Shown: positions 35,200 through 49,062, counted from the first letter of the stretch. The stretch is DNA of 64,000 bases from Mobula birostris (GCF_030028105.1 NC_092371.1:15025884-15089883), one strand, 5' to 3'. Translations and numbers: made by a program. The notes: a model not told the origin generated them from the letters alone.

Positions 35200-37020
35200 T
35201 GAGCACATTGTGTCATGGCGGATTTCAACTCCCCTTATTTAAATTGGAATCTTCTTGGTGCAAGGGGTCTATGTAGGGCAGAATTTGTTAAGAGTATCTA
35301 GGTACGTTTCTTAAGTGAGTTTCTGGAAGGTCCAACGACATGTTGAGAATGAATCTACCCAGGTTAATGAACTTCCATTGGATGAGTAGCAACGGAACAA
35401 TGACCATAACTTTCAGGATAGCTATATATAAGTGATGTGGAAGATTCATGAACTGGTTGTGCATATTTCCAGAGCATAAGGCAGGAACAAAGGAGATTTA
35501 ATTGGAAACTCTGGTAAGTCCACATCAGACATGTAGAGAGTGTTTAGATCAATTGCACAGAACACAGAAAAGGAATGTTCCTGTTAGAAGAAAGGACGGT
35601 TATGGACAGATAAGAGAACCTTGGATGTCCAGAGAGGCGATGACTTTAGTCGAGAAGGAAAATTAAAAGTATATAATATTTCTAAGTGCGATCAAACAAA
35701 GCACATAAGGAGTATAAAGAAGCTAGAAAAGAACTAAAGAAGGGAATTAGGTATGCCAGGAGGAGCCATGAAAAGTTTTTGGCAAGTAAGATTCAGGTGG
35801 ACCCCAAGGCATTCTATGCATTCATCAAGAAAAAGAAGATGATAAATAGAAGGAAGGTGGTACTGTTCTATGATAAAGGGGGGAATATTTGCACGAATGC
35901 GGAGAATGTGAATGAGGTACTTAATGAGTACTTTGCTTCTGTGTTTACCAAGGGAAAGGATATGGAGGACCAGGAGATCAGTACTGAGAGTATAAATGTG
36001 TTAGGGCGCTTTGAGGTCAAGGAAGAGTAAGTGCTCGGCCCCCTAATTAGTACTAAATTAGATAAGACCCCAGAGCTGAATGGGATTTACGGCAGGTTAT
36101 TGAAGGAGGCAAGAGACGAGATTGCTGAGGCCTTGACCAGTATCATCGTCTCTAGCCACAGGTCAAGTCCCGGAGGTCTGGTGGATAGCTAAAGTTTCAC
36201 CTCTATTTCAGAAGGGAATAAGGGAAACTCCTGGGAATCATAGACCGGTTAGTTTCACGTCAATTCTGGAAGAAAATTCTTCGGGCTCGGATAGATGAGC
36301 ATTTAGAAACGCGCGGCCTCGTTAGGGAGCATGGCTTTGTGTGTGGCAGGTTGTGTCTTACCAGCTTGATGGACTTTTATGACAAAGCAACGAGAGCGAT
36401 TGCTGAGGGTATGGCATATGGTGTGTACATGGCGTTTGACCCTCATGTTAGACTAATCCAGAAGATTAAGAGGCATGGGGATCGCGGTGAATTCGCTGTT
36501 TAGCTTCAGAACTGCGTCGGCATAGACGACAGAGTGTAGTGGTTGAAGGGTCATTCCAGCTGGACGGCTGTGATTAGTGTTCTGCGTGGATGTGTGCTGG
36601 GACCTCTGCCGTTCCTCATATACTGTATATAAATAACTTAGATGAATATGTAGATAAATAAGTGTGTAAGCCTGGGGATGATAACAAGACTGGTGGAATT
36701 GTTGATAGTGAAGACTGGGAGATAGCACAGTGCAATATAGATCAGTTGCAGGTATGGGCAGATAAATAGCAGATGGAACATGTGTAGACTGGCACTGCCC
36801 CAGGATCTTTTTAATGACACAAGTGTAAGTACAAGGAAGAATGGTGAGTATCGTTGGGATCTTGTTTACGTCATATATCTCACCAAATCCTGCTGTGGAA
36901 TGAACAGAGGGATACCACTGAAGTTTATACACGTTCACGTGGTTAATAGACATGCTTTGGTGGAGCATTTGGTTCCTTCCAGAGATGCAGAGTTTATTAA
37001 TGTTTGACGAGTGTTTTTCG
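35200..37020 (+). mobile_element. Degenerate CR1 ORF2
   Basis: Fragment KEYKEARKELKKGIR..DPKAFYAFIK..LNEYFASVFTK, plus downstream RT remnants with many stops and indels. Confidence 0.8.
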
Positions 37021-37489
37021 CTTAAGACGACTGTGTGCGAGTCGCGGGTGGAAGCAATCTCGTTGCTGTATGCATGATATAACCGCTAATATCTGCCGTT
37101 AATAAAATAGGTTGGATGGTGGGAGGACTGTGAAACTTTCATGAGATGCTGTGGGACCGTGCTTGACTTGAATTCCCATAAGAATCAGTCGTTATTGGAC
37201 TCCCTCCATACGCAAGACGTTTCTGGGCAATAGAGAGCATCACAAAGCAGTCGACACAATATGCATATGTGAACATTCAGTTACACTACGACCTCAGCTT
37301 CAATCCAAACACGCTTGAAAAGATTATGTGCGGAACGCGAGCAACTGGGACGAGCGGGTAATGTCCTGTGGTCTGCAATACGCAGTTGGGTCAATGGGCC
37401 CATTTTCCTGCGGTATAACTCCGACTGGAAACACAATTATAAATATATTTAAATATGTTTGCGTTTCAGAACAGAATAAAATCAATTAC

Positions 37490-38190
37490 ATGAAATAAAA
37501 AATTCAAAGAACTGAAAGTTCAAAGTAAAAATTTATTATGAGAGTACATACATGTCATCGCATACAACCCAGAGATTTCTTTTTCTGCGGCATACTTAGC
37601 AAATCTATAGAACAGTACCTGCGAACTGCGAAGTTCAGGATCTGTTAACTGTAAACAAACTGTGCAAATACACATATAAATAAATAACAATAAATAACTG
37701 CATGAAGTAACAATATAAGGGCGTCCTTAATTGAGTGTAGCTATCCTTTTTTCGTTCAAGAGCCTGATGGTTGAGAGATGGTAACTGTTCTTGTTCTTGG
37801 TGGCGCGAGTCACAAGGCACCTGTATCTTCTACTTGATGGCAGTAGCGAAAGAAGAGCATGGCCTGGATGGTGGGGCTCCTTCATGATGGATGCTACTTT
37901 TCGTGTAGATATGCTGAATAGTTGAGATGGTTTTACGGGTGATTTTTAGGCCGAATTCATGAAGGTTTGTGGGAATTTCTTCTCAAATTAATTGGTTATC
38001 CCATACCAAGACCAAATGCAGCCAGTAAGCACACTTCCTATCACATATCAATAGAGTTTTGCCAATGTTTTCGATGACCTGTCGACTCCTGAAGAAGTAG
38101 AGACCATCGGCGAATTTATAGGTGCCGTTTGTTATGCCTAGGCATCTAGGCAAACAGAGTTCAAACTTCAAAGTAAAGCATTATCAAAGT
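37490..38190 (-). mobile_element. Rex1/Babar-like LINE 3' fragment
   Basis: Antisense caagagcctgatggttgagagatggtaactgttc (RNSY.P.TIRLL) and upstream RT-like text. Confidence 0.6.
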
Positions 38191-38529
38191 GTGTATATCT
38201 CACAATATATACCCTGAGATTCATTTTCTTGCGGGTACACATAGTAAATCCAAGAAACACATTAGAATCAATGTAAAACCGCAAGCATCAGGACGGACAA
38301 ACAACAAATTGCAAATACAGAAGATAATAGTAGTAGCAGCAGTGATAATAGTAATAATAATCTTAATTAATATTATTATTATTATTGTTGTTGTTGTTAT
38401 TATTATTATTATAAATAGAAAAATAAAAATACGAATCTGATTCAGTTTTAGAGTCAGATTACCACACCTTATATTATGACTGATCGGTTATTACAGATAT
38501 ATGACAATCCCTAATATAATTTACGTCTG

Positions 38530-40644
38530 AAACATAGAAATATAGAAACATAGAAAATAGGTGCAGGAGTAGGCCATTCGGCCCTTCGAGCCTGCACCAC
38601 CATTCAGTATGATCATGGTTGATCATCCAACTCAGAAACCTGTACCAGCCTTCTCTCCATACCCCCTGATCCCTTTAGCCACCAGGGCCATATCTAACTC
38701 CCTCTTAAGTATAGCCAATGAACTGGCCTCAACTGTTTCCTGTGGCAGAGAATTCCACAGATTCACCACTCTTTGTGTGAAGAAGTTTTTCCTAATCTCG
38801 GTCCTAAAAGGCTTCCCCTTTATCCTCAAACTGTGACCCCTCGTTCTGGACTTCCCCAACATCGGGAACAATCTTCCTGCATCTAGCCTGTCCAATCCCT
38901 TTAGGATTTTATACGTTTCAATCAGATCCCCCCTCAATCTTCTAAATTCCAACGAGTATAAGCCTAGTTCATCCAATCTTTCATCATATGAAAGTCCTGC
39001 CATCCCAGGAATCAATCTGGTGAACCTTCTTTGTACTCCCTCTATGGCAAGGATGTCTTTCCTCAGATTAGGGGACCAAAATTGCACACAATACTCCAGG
39101 TGTGGTCTCATCAAGGCCTTGTACAACTGCAGTAGTACCTCCCTGCTCCTGTACTCGAATCCTCTTGCTATAAATGCCAGCATACCATTCGCCTTTTTCA
39201 CCACCTGCTGTACCTGCATGCCCACTTTCAATGACTGGTGTATGATGACACCCAGGTCTCGTTGCACCTCCCCTTTTCCTAATCGGCCACCATTCAGATA
39301 ATAATCTGTTTTCCTGTTTTTGCCACCAAAGTGGATAACTTCACATTTATCCACATTAAATTGCATCTGCCATGAATTTGCCCACTCACCTAACCTATCC
39401 AAGTCACCCTGCATCCTCTTAGCATCCTCCTCACAGCTAACACTGCCGCCCAGCTTCGTGCCATCTGCAAACTTGGAGATGCTGCATTTAATTCCCTCAT
39501 CTGAGTCATTAATATATATTGTAAACAACTGGGGTCCCAGCACTGAGCCTTGCGGTACTCCACTAGTCACTGCCTGCTAATCTGAAAAGGTCCCGTTTAT
39601 CCCAATCTTTGCTTCCTGCCTGCTAACCAATTCTCTATCCACATCAATACCTTACCCCCCATACCGTGTGCTTTAAGTTTGCACACTAATTTCCTGTGTG
39701 GGACCTTGTCAAAAGCCTTTTGAAATTCCAAATATACTACATCCACTGGTTCTCCCCTATCCACTCTACTAGTTACAACCTCAAAAAATTCTCTGAGATT
39801 CGTTAGACGTGATTTTCCTTTCACAAATCCATGCTGACTTTGTCCGATGATTTCACCGCTTTCCAAATGTGCTGTTCTCACATCTTTGATAACTGACTCT
39901 AGCAGTTTCCCCACACCGATGTTAGGCTAACCGGGTCTATAATTCCCCGGTTTCTCTCTCCCTCCTTTTTTAAAAAGTGGGGTTACATTAGCCAACCTCC
40001 AATCCTCAGGAACTAGTCCAGAATCTAAAGAGTTTTGAAAAATTATCACTAATGCATCCACTATTTCTTGGGCTACTTCCTTAAGCACGCTGGGATGCAG
40101 ACCATCTGGCCCTGGGGATTTATCCGCCTTTAATCCCTTCAATTTACCTAACACCACTTCCCTACTAACATGTATTTCCTTCAGTTCCTCCATCTCACTG
40201 GACCCTCTGTCCCCTACTATTTCCGGAAGATTATTTATGTCTTCCTTAGTGAAGACAGAACCAAAGTAATTATTCAATTGGTCTGCTATGTCCTTGCTCC
40301 CCATAATCAATTCACCTGTTTCTGTCTGTAGGGGACCTACATTTGTCTTGACCAATCTTTTTCTTTTCACATATCTATAAAAGCTTTTACAGTCAGTTTT
40401 TATTTTCTCTGCCAGTTTTCTCTCATAATCTTTTTTCCCCTTCCTAATTAAGCACCTTGTCCTTCTTTGCTGATCTCTGAATTTCTCCCAGTCCTCAGGT
40501 GAGCCACTTTTTCTGGCTAATTTGTATGCTTCTTCTTTGGAATTGATACTATCCCTAATTTCCCTTGTCAGCCACGGGTGCACTACCTTCCTTGATTTAT
40601 TCTTTTGCCAAACCGGGATGAATAATTGTTGTAGTTCATCCATG
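38530..40644 (-). mobile_element. Young 5'-truncated CR1, same subfamily as 22258-25623, in opposite orientation
   Basis: Minus-strand ORFs 38632-39570, 39597-39914 and 39927-40664 are nearly identical in protein to the 22.5-kb ORF2, with a few frameshifts and stops; (CATAGAAA)n tail at about 38530-38560. Confidence 0.96.
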
Positions 40645-41039
40645 CGATCTGGATGACCAAGCAAGAATAAATTATTTCAAACACACATAACTTACAAAAA
40701 TTAATAAGTAAAATTCAAAACACTCCATAAATATTCTGAACTAAAAGAGTAAATTGAAAGACTTTGGAAAATGAATGGGGTATACCTTGTTGTGATAAAA
40801 AAATATCTTCAACTGGTATCATTCTAAAGTCACTACACAAAAGCATTTAATAGCATTTAATAATTAGAGCTATCTCGCAATAGTTAAGTAAATCTTCAAA
40901 TAACCACAATGCTAAGCACAACTAGAATAGTCAGAAAGTTCCTAGAAATAGAGAAATGAGCGTGATTGTCCATGACCGCAGCGCAGGTTCTACAAGCTTA
41001 AGGGGATCAACAAGTTAAGACAACATGCGCTGAAGAGTA

Positions 41040-43525
41040 AACACAAAATACTCTGCAGATGCTCGGGTAAAAGCAACACTCACAAAACGCTGGATGAGCT
41101 CCGCAGGTCGGGCAGCATCCGTGGAAACGATCAGTCAACGTTTCGGGCCGGAACCCTTCGACAGGACTGAAGAGGGAAGGGGCAGAGGCCCTATAAAGAA
41201 GATGGGGGAGGGTGGTAAGGAGAAGGCTGGCAGCTGCCAGGTGAAAAGCCAGTAAGGGGAAAGATAAAGGGGTGGGGGATGGGAAGCAGGGAGGGGATGA
41301 CAGGAAAGGTGAAGAAGGAATAGAGGAAAGCACAATGGGTAGTAGAAGGAGGCGGAACCTTGAGCGATGTGATAGGCAGCTGGGTGAAGGAGCAGCGTGA
41401 AACTGGGATGGGGGAAGGGACGGGGAGGGAATTACCGGAAGTTGGAGAATTCAATGTTCATATAAAGGGGCTGGAGATTACCCAGACGGTATATGAGGTG
41501 TTGCTCCTCCAACCTGAGTTTAGCCTCATCATGGCAGTAGAGGAGGCCATATATGGAAATAGCCGAATGGGAATGTGACGCGGAGTTGAAGTGGGTGGCA
41601 ACAGGGAGATCCTGTCTGTTGTGGCGGACGGAGCGGAGGTGCTTAACGAAGCGGTCCCCCAATCTGCGTCGGGTTTTACCAATGTAGAGGAGGCCGCACC
41701 GCGAGCACCGGATGCAATAGATGACCCCAACAGACTCACAAGTGAAGTTTTGCCTCATCCGGAAGGACTGTTTAGGGCCTTGAATGGTGGCAGGAGAGGA
41801 GGTGTAGGGACAAGTGTCGCACTTAACGCTTATAGGGATATGTGCTGGTGGGAGATCCGTGGAGAGGGACGTATGGACCAGGGAGTCGCGGAGGGAACGA
41901 TCCCTGCGGAAAGCGCAGAGGGGTGGAGAGGGAAAGACGTGCCTAGTGGTGGTGTCCTGTTGATGGTGCGGAAGTTGCGGAGGATAATGTGCTGGATCCG
42001 GAGGCTGGTGGAGTGATAGGTGAGGACAAGGGGAACTTGTGGTGACGGGAGGATGGGGTGAGGACGGAAGTGCGGGAAATGGAGGAGATGCGGGTGAGAG
42101 CATCATTGATGACGGCAGAAGGGAAACCACGATCCTTAAGGAAAGAGGACATTTGAGATGTCCTGGAACGGAAAGCCTCAGCCTGGGAGCAGATGCGGCA
42201 GAGACGGAGGAACTGGGAATAGGGAATAGCATTTTTGCATGTGGCCGGGTGGGAAGAGGTATAGTTCAGGTAGTTATGAGAGTCAATGGGCTTGTAGAAG
42301 GTGTCAGTGGACAGTCTATCTCCAGAGATGGAGACTGAGAGATCGAGAAAGGGGAGAGAAGTGTTCGAGATGGATAAAGGGAATCTGAGGGCTGGGTGGA
42401 AGTTTGAAGTAAAGTCGATGAAATTGACGAGCTCAACATGGGTCCAGGAAGCAGCACCAATGTAGTCGTCAATGTACCGAAGGAAAAATTGGGGAGCAGT
42501 ACCAGTATAGGTTTAGACCATTAACTGCTCCACATAACCAACGAAGAGGCAGGCATAGCTGGGGCCCATGCGAGTACCCATAGCTACACCTTTGGTCTGA
42601 AGAAAGTGGAAAGAGCCAAAAGAGAATATATTAAGTGTTAGTACCAGTTTCGCCAACCGGAGGAGCGTAGTGGTGGTGGGGACTTGGTGAGGTCCATTGT
42701 CCAGTACGTAGCGGACGGCTTTGAGGCCTTCTTGATGGGGAATGAAAGTGTATAAGGATTGGACATCCATCGTGAATTGAAGCGGTCGGGACCGGGGAAC
42801 TGAAGTTATTGAAGAGGTGGAGGGCATGGGATATATCCCGGATGTAGGTGGGGAGGGACTGAACTATGGGTGACAAAATAGTGTCCAGGTAGGCAGATAC
42901 AAGTTCGGTGGAGCAGGAGCGGGCAGAATCTGTGGGTCTACCGGGACAGTCAGGCTTGTGGATCTTGGGGAGGAGGTAAAACAGAGCAGTGCGGGTTGTG
43001 GGAATTATGAGTTTTGTGGCTGAGGATGGAAGGTCTCCGGAATTGATAAGGGCATGATGGTACTGGAGACAATGGTTTGATGTTTTTTTGGTGGAGTCCT
43101 GTTCCAGGGGTAAGTAAGAGGAAGTGTCAGTGAGCTGCCGTTTGGGCTCAGTAAGGTGCAGGTCCATCAACCAGATTACTGCGGCACCACCTTTGTCTGC
43201 GGGTTTGATGGTGAGGTTGGGATTAGTGCGGAGTCCGTGGATGGCGATGCGTTCAGAGAAAGTGCGTTAGAACAGGAGAGAGGAGGGGTGAAGTTGAGAA
43301 GGTTGATGTCTCGGCGACAGTTGGAGATGAAAAGATCGAGTGCAGGAAGAAGGCCGGGGCGGGGTGTCCAGGAGGAGGAGGAAGGTGGAAGACGGGAGAA
43401 GGGGGCATCAGTAGGGGGAGGGGAATCCTTGCCAAAGTAGGCTCAGAGACGTAGACAACGGAAGAACAGTTCAACGTCATTGCGGGCACGGTCCTCACTG
43501 AGGTGTGGACGGAGGGGGACAAATA
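41040..43525 (-). mobile_element. Penelope-like retroelement (RT plus GIY-YIG endonuclease), fragmented
   Basis: RT motifs MDVQSLYT, QTKGVAMGTRMGPSYACLF and PGRP; GIY-YIG region CDTC..VIYCIRCSRCGLLYIGKTRRRLGDRF.KH..PVATHF; terminal repeat with a hammerhead-like motif at 41132-41169. Confidence 0.92.
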
Positions 43526-44019
43526 TGTGGATAGTTTGGAAGAGATGCCAATTCAAATGACTGTGGTCTCCAAGTGAGAAAATCGAGGATGCAATTACAC
43601 GAGGGGGTGTCTTAAAGCCTATTTATTCGTTTTGAGGGGAGAACAGTATTGAATTCCAAGCTGTACTCAATGAAGAACATCCTGATGAATGTACCTTCGC
43701 ACTCCACATATTACAGAGTTGAATGAAGAGCCACTGAAATGGCGTCTGTTGTGGTACTGCTGTAACGGTAAGCAAATTAGGGCGGATCCATGTCGCTTCT
43801 CAGGCAGAAGTGTCGAGAGAATTGAGCAGTAGGCTTAGCACGGGTCCTCAATGTGAGCCAGCATCGATTGTTTCGAAGTGCTGCTAATATCAATACACAC
43901 CGGAAGTCAAAATTCCAACATATTTTCAACGCCTCCAAGTACCTGAATGGATGCAATAAAACTGCGGAGTTATCAAGATTGGGAAGGTTCAGATTTGATT
44001 TCCTGAACTTCCTGTAACC

Positions 44020-47000
44020 TGAGGAGATAGCTCATATACTTAATAAATATTTTGCTCTAGTACAGTATTCACTATGGAAAAAGATTTTGGTGATTGTAGG
44101 GTGACTTACAGTGGATTTAAAAGCCCAAGCATATAGACATTAAGAAAGAGGATGTTCTGGAGATTTTCTAAAGCATCAAGTTGTATAAGTCTCCGAGACG
44201 GGATGAGATGTACCCCAGGCTACAGTGGAGGCGAGGGAGGAGATTGCTGAGCTTCAGACAATGAAGCTTGCATCATCAATGGGGACGAGACAGCTTCCAG
44301 AGGATTGGAGGGTTGCAGATGTTGTTCCCTTATGCAAGAAAGTGTGTAGAGATAGCCTAGGAAATTATAGACAAGTGAGTCGTACTTCAGTGGTTGGGAA
44401 GTTGATGGAAAATGTCCTGAGAGGCAGGATTTGTGAACATTTGGAGAGGCATGGCTTTGTCAAAGGCACGTCCTGCCTTACGAGCCTGATTGAATTATTT
44501 GAGGATGTGACTAAACACATTGATGAAGGTAGAGCAGGAGATGTACTGTATATGGATTTCAGCAAGGCATCTGTTAAGGTACCCCATGCAAGGCTTATTG
44601 CGAAAGTAAGGAGACATTGTATCCAAGAGAACCTTACTTTGTGGATCCAGAATTGGCTTGCTCACAGAAGGAGAAGAGCTGTTGTGAACGGGTCACTGAC
44701 CAGCAGTGTGCCTCAGAGATTTGTTCTGGGACCCCCTTTCTTCGTGATTTTTATAACTGACCTGGATGAGGAAGTGGAGGGATGGATTAATAAATTTGCT
44801 GATGACAAAAAGGATGAGGGTGTTGTGGATTGTGTGGAGGGCTGTCAGATATTACAGTGGGACATCGATAGCATGCAAAAATTGGGCTGAGAAGTGGCAG
44901 ATGGATTTCAACGCAAAGGGTGAGGTGGTTCACTTTGCTATGTCAAATATGATTGCAAAATATAGTGTGTGTGTGTGTATATATATGGCGACTGTTGCCA
45001 AACGGTTGAATCTTTTTAAGGGGGAGTAAACAATGAGGAGAGTGGAGATGCACACAGCTATCATTGTGTATTATGTATCTAAAGGTGTGTTTCCCCAAGG
45101 GCAGCTGGAGGTGCTATCTATGGGCAAACCTGGTGGAGAGGCGGTGCACCTGCAGATGAAAAAATTGAGACTCCAGCACGAGTTCCGGCTAAGGCAGCTA
45201 GAACAAGAAGAGAGGCAGCTAAAACGGCAAGAGAGAGAGAGAGAAGCAGAAGGAAAGGGAATTTGAGCTGGAGAAGTTAAGGATGACGCTAGCGCAGGGC
45301 CCCATGCCGAAACAAGGTGGAGGGTTCAGGGCGATCCAGGAGGTTAGGTTGGTTCCCCCATTTGAGGAAGCCGATGTTGATCGGTACTTTCTACATTTTG
45401 AAAAAGTCGCTGCAATTCAGGTCTGGCTGAGGGATAAGTGGGCTGTTTTTCTTCAGAGCGTACTTAAAGGGAAAGCTCAGCAAGCTTACTCGACATGGTC
45501 CACAGAAGATGCCCAGAGGTATGATGTGGTGAAAGAGGCGATACTCAGGATTTATGAGTTGGTCCCGGAGGCATACCGGCAGAGGTTCCGGAATGCGAGG
45601 AAGTAGTGGGACCGCACGTATTTAGAGTTTGCCCGTGAGATGCAGATGTATTGTGAGCGTTGGTGCGCCTCGAAAGGGATCAATAAGGATTATGACAGAC
45701 TGCTACAGCTAATACTGATTGAGCAATTTAAAGGTTGTATCCCTGAAGGTATGAGGCCCTATCTAGATGAGAAAGAGGCAGAAACCTTAGCCGCAACTGC
45801 TAAGTTAGCGGATGAGTACGCATTAACACACAAAGCGAAGTTTACCCCGAGTAAAAGCTACCACAAGGGTAGTCGAGAGGGCGGAGAGAGTCCGCCGGAA
45901 AAGCCAGAAAGTAAGCCGGGAACTAGTGGGAAGGATAAGGAAAACAGGAAGCAGTTAGGTAGGAATTCTCCTGGGGTCGTATGCTATAATTGTGGGAAAG
46001 CCGGTCACTTTGCGTCCAGGTGCTTTGCCCCAAAGCAGGAGACGGGGAAAGGAAAAACGACGATCCGACTGGCTGTATTGAGCCGGCAAACAAACCGCCA
46101 GGGGAGAAAAGGTCTGATAGAGTTCAGGAACGGCGCGAGAAGTTTATTTCGGCCGGATTGGTGTCGGTGAAGGAGGGGTCAAACCCAGTTCCAGTACGGA
46201 TCTGGAGAGACACTGGAGCTTGTCAGTCATTGATCTTAAGGAGTGTGTTAGACTTTAGTTCAGAGACCGAGACTGGGGAGGTCAGTGTGATAAAAGACAT
46301 TGGGAAAGGGACTGAAGCAGTACCTTTGCACCAGATACACCTAAAAAGCGACTTGGTCTCCGGACCCTTCACGATAGGGGTGAGGCCCGAACTACCGATG
46401 GAAGACATGGAGGTCTTACTCGGTAATGACCTCGCCGGCGGAGAGGTGTACCCAGCAGTAAAACTGACAAACAAACCTGCCAGGCTTGAGGCCCTGCCCA
46501 TAGACTCACAGGTTTATCCCGTTTGCGCAGTGACTCGGCGCATGTCCAGAAAGGCTGCCGAAGCGAATGTAGATTTAGCTGAGACGTTTTTACCAGCCTT
46601 GTACCAGGAGGGGTTAGAAAGTGAGAAGAAGGAGCATAGTGGAGCAGAAGGAAGTGAGAGAGTTGAGGTAGACTTATAATTAGCAAGGAAGGAATTTATA
46701 CGGGCACAGGAACGAGACGAGGAGCTAATGGTTTTGACGGAGACAGCTCTCTCCGAAGCAGAATTAAAAAGGGAACCAGTGGGCTATTATGTGAAGGAGG
46801 GAGTACTAATGAGGGAATGGAGACCAAGTACTGTGCCCGCAGATGAAGAGTGGGGGGTGGTACACCAGGTGGTAGTGCCGAAAATTTATGGGGATGAGAT
46901 TTTTAAGCTGGCCCACATGATACCCCTCGGTGGACATTTTGGGGTAAGGAAGACAGTCGACAGAATTATGAAAGAGTTCTACTGGCCGAGCATGAGGGAC

Positions 47001-48385
47001 GATATTATTGAGTATTGTAGACGTGAGCCGACACAGCCTAGTAATATGTTAACCGCTTACCACGATAAGGAAGCAGAACTAGTCGGTGTTATCACGAAAA
47101 TTAATGAGGCTAGGGTGCCACCTGATAAGGGGAAAACCTATTTTGAAAAGATAAGTATGGTGCCGACCAGATGGGAGAACTCTATTGTTTTGGCCAACTT
47201 TGCTGATAAGGGCTCTCCCTTAACTCCAGAACAGAGCAAGCCGTTGAGAAAGCTAATTAACCGGTACGCAGACGTATGTCTGGATGTTCCGAGGCGATAC
47301 AAAGAGCCGGTACATTGTGTTGCTGTCACATCAGGTCAGCCTAGTAAGCAACACCCCTATAGGATGATTAATTCGGTGACAAAAGGGCTAAAGAACGCAG
47401 AAGTCCATATTGACGATTTAGTGGTCTGGAGTGACACGTAGGAGGGACACATTGTGGCAGTAGAAGAACTGTTTAAACGGCTGTTTGAAGCCAGCCTGAC
47501 AGTGAACCTCGCAAAAAGTGAATTCGGCCATGCGAAGGTCATTTATCTGGGATTTGTGGTAGGACAGGGGCAGCTGGCACCGATGCAGGCTATCTCTGAA
47601 GTCCCCACCCCGACAGACAAGAGAGCACTGAGAAGGTTCTTGGGGATGGTGGGGTACTATCGGAAGTTTTGCAAAAACTTTGCGGATATTACCCTCCCTT
47701 TTACTAAGCTCTTGCCAAAGAATGCGAACTTTGTGTGGAACGACCTTTGTTATATTTGTCCGGCACGGAAACCACTGATAATTCACACTGATCACAACCC
47801 ATTAGTGTTTTTGGCCACTATGAAGGTTAAGAACCAAAGGTTACTAAGTTGGAGCCTGGTCTAACAAGAATTTGATATTAAAATAAAACATATAAAGGTA
47901 ACGGACAATGTGATTGCTTACTGTCTGCCAAGGTGTTGAAACTTAAAGTTCTCTGTATTAGCCGAATAGCTGATGACCCTGTATATTAGTGTGTATCTAA
48001 TAATGTGCATTCATGCCCATGATTTTTACCCAGTTACAGGGTACGTAACAATAGACAGAGGTTTGTTTCCCAGGGCTGAAATGGCTAACACGAGAGGGCA
48101 TAGTTTTAAGGTGCTTGGAAGTAGCTACAGAGGAGCTGTCAGGGGTAAGTTTTTTAGGCAGAATATGGTGAGTGCGTAGAATGGGCTGCTGGCAACGGTG
48201 CTGGAGACAGATACGATAGGGTCTTTTAAGGGCCTCCCGCATGGGTACGTGCAGCTTATAAAAATAGAGGGCTATGTATAACCTTAGGTAATTTCTACTT
48301 AAGTACATATTCGGCACAGCATTGTGAGTCGAAGGGCCTGTATTGTGCTGTAGGTTTTCTGTGTTTCTGTGTTTCTATGTTTCCG
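44020..48385 (+). mobile_element. Degenerate CR1 (44020-44960 and 48035-48385) interrupted by the Gypsy element
   Basis: RT ORF 44225-44890 lies upstream of the insert; the CR1 C-terminus and (TTTCTRTG)n tail resume after 48035. Confidence 0.8.
44965..48030 (+). mobile_element. Gypsy LTR retrotransposon internal region, Gmr1-type domain order (gag-PR-IN-RT-RH), internally deleted, LTRs not evident
   Basis: Gag/SCAN-like LVPPFEE..YFLHFEK..LILIEQF, CCHC knuckle CYNCGKAGHFASRC, protease RDTGA (about 46205), integrase Zn-binding AH..LGGHFGVRKT..FYWP (about 46910-46990), then RT QHPYR, HIDD, FLGMVGYYRKF and RNase H TDHNPL. Confidence 0.9.
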
Positions 48386-48954
48386 AAACTATTTTAAAAG
48401 TATTGGAAGCAGTAGACTGACTCCATTGTACACAATGCCAATCGTTCAAATTTGCTAATTCCTTGGTTGAATGATCGCAGTGATTGCGAAGAACACTCTT
48501 GGTTGTGCACCATCCGGTGAAGATATTGCAGTGTACCTTCACCAGATAATGCACAATCGTCTGAGTTTTCAAACTGTTGGCTTAACTGGGAATCACTTGT
48601 GGGACACAGAATCTGTGGGACCGACATCCATTCCTTTAAACAATTTGCAGACGGGCTGGCGGAATATACATTAAACCTAATGGATTGTGGGCGTTTGTGG
48701 CTACATGTGAACTCGTAAAATGCAATTGCACTGAAGACGGCCGATTGGAGCTAGCGACATCATTTGTCCAACTAGCTTCTCCCTCAGTTGTGGAAACGAT
48801 TTTCTGTTATTCGATCTCTTAATTGCTCCATGAGAATGATCGAGTGTCTGCAGTAGACAGATTTATGTCGGTGCTACTGAGAATATGTGTCAAAATGCCA
48901 AAATGTTGCACATCTCTCTGCCAAAGATAATAAATAAAAGATTGAGGAAAGTCC

Positions 48955-49062
48955 CAGACACGAGGAAATCTGCAGATGCTGGAAATTTAAGCAACACACA
49001 CACACAAATGCTGGTGAACACAACAAGCCCGGCAGCATCTAAATGAAGAGGTACAGTCGACG
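48955..49062 (-). mobile_element. Penelope-like terminal fragment at the inversion breakpoint
   Basis: ctgcagatgctggaaatttaagcaac...gtacagtcgacg, ending within the hammerhead motif. Confidence 0.8.

Noticed and set aside
38189-38440. ORF with a long hydrophobic Ile/Val run (transmembrane-like)
   Set aside because: Translation of an (ATA/ATT/GTT)n microsatellite.
48394-48627. 77-aa minus-strand ORF in apparently unique sequence
   Set aside because: No recognisable family, no convincing splice sites, and within the length expected by chance.
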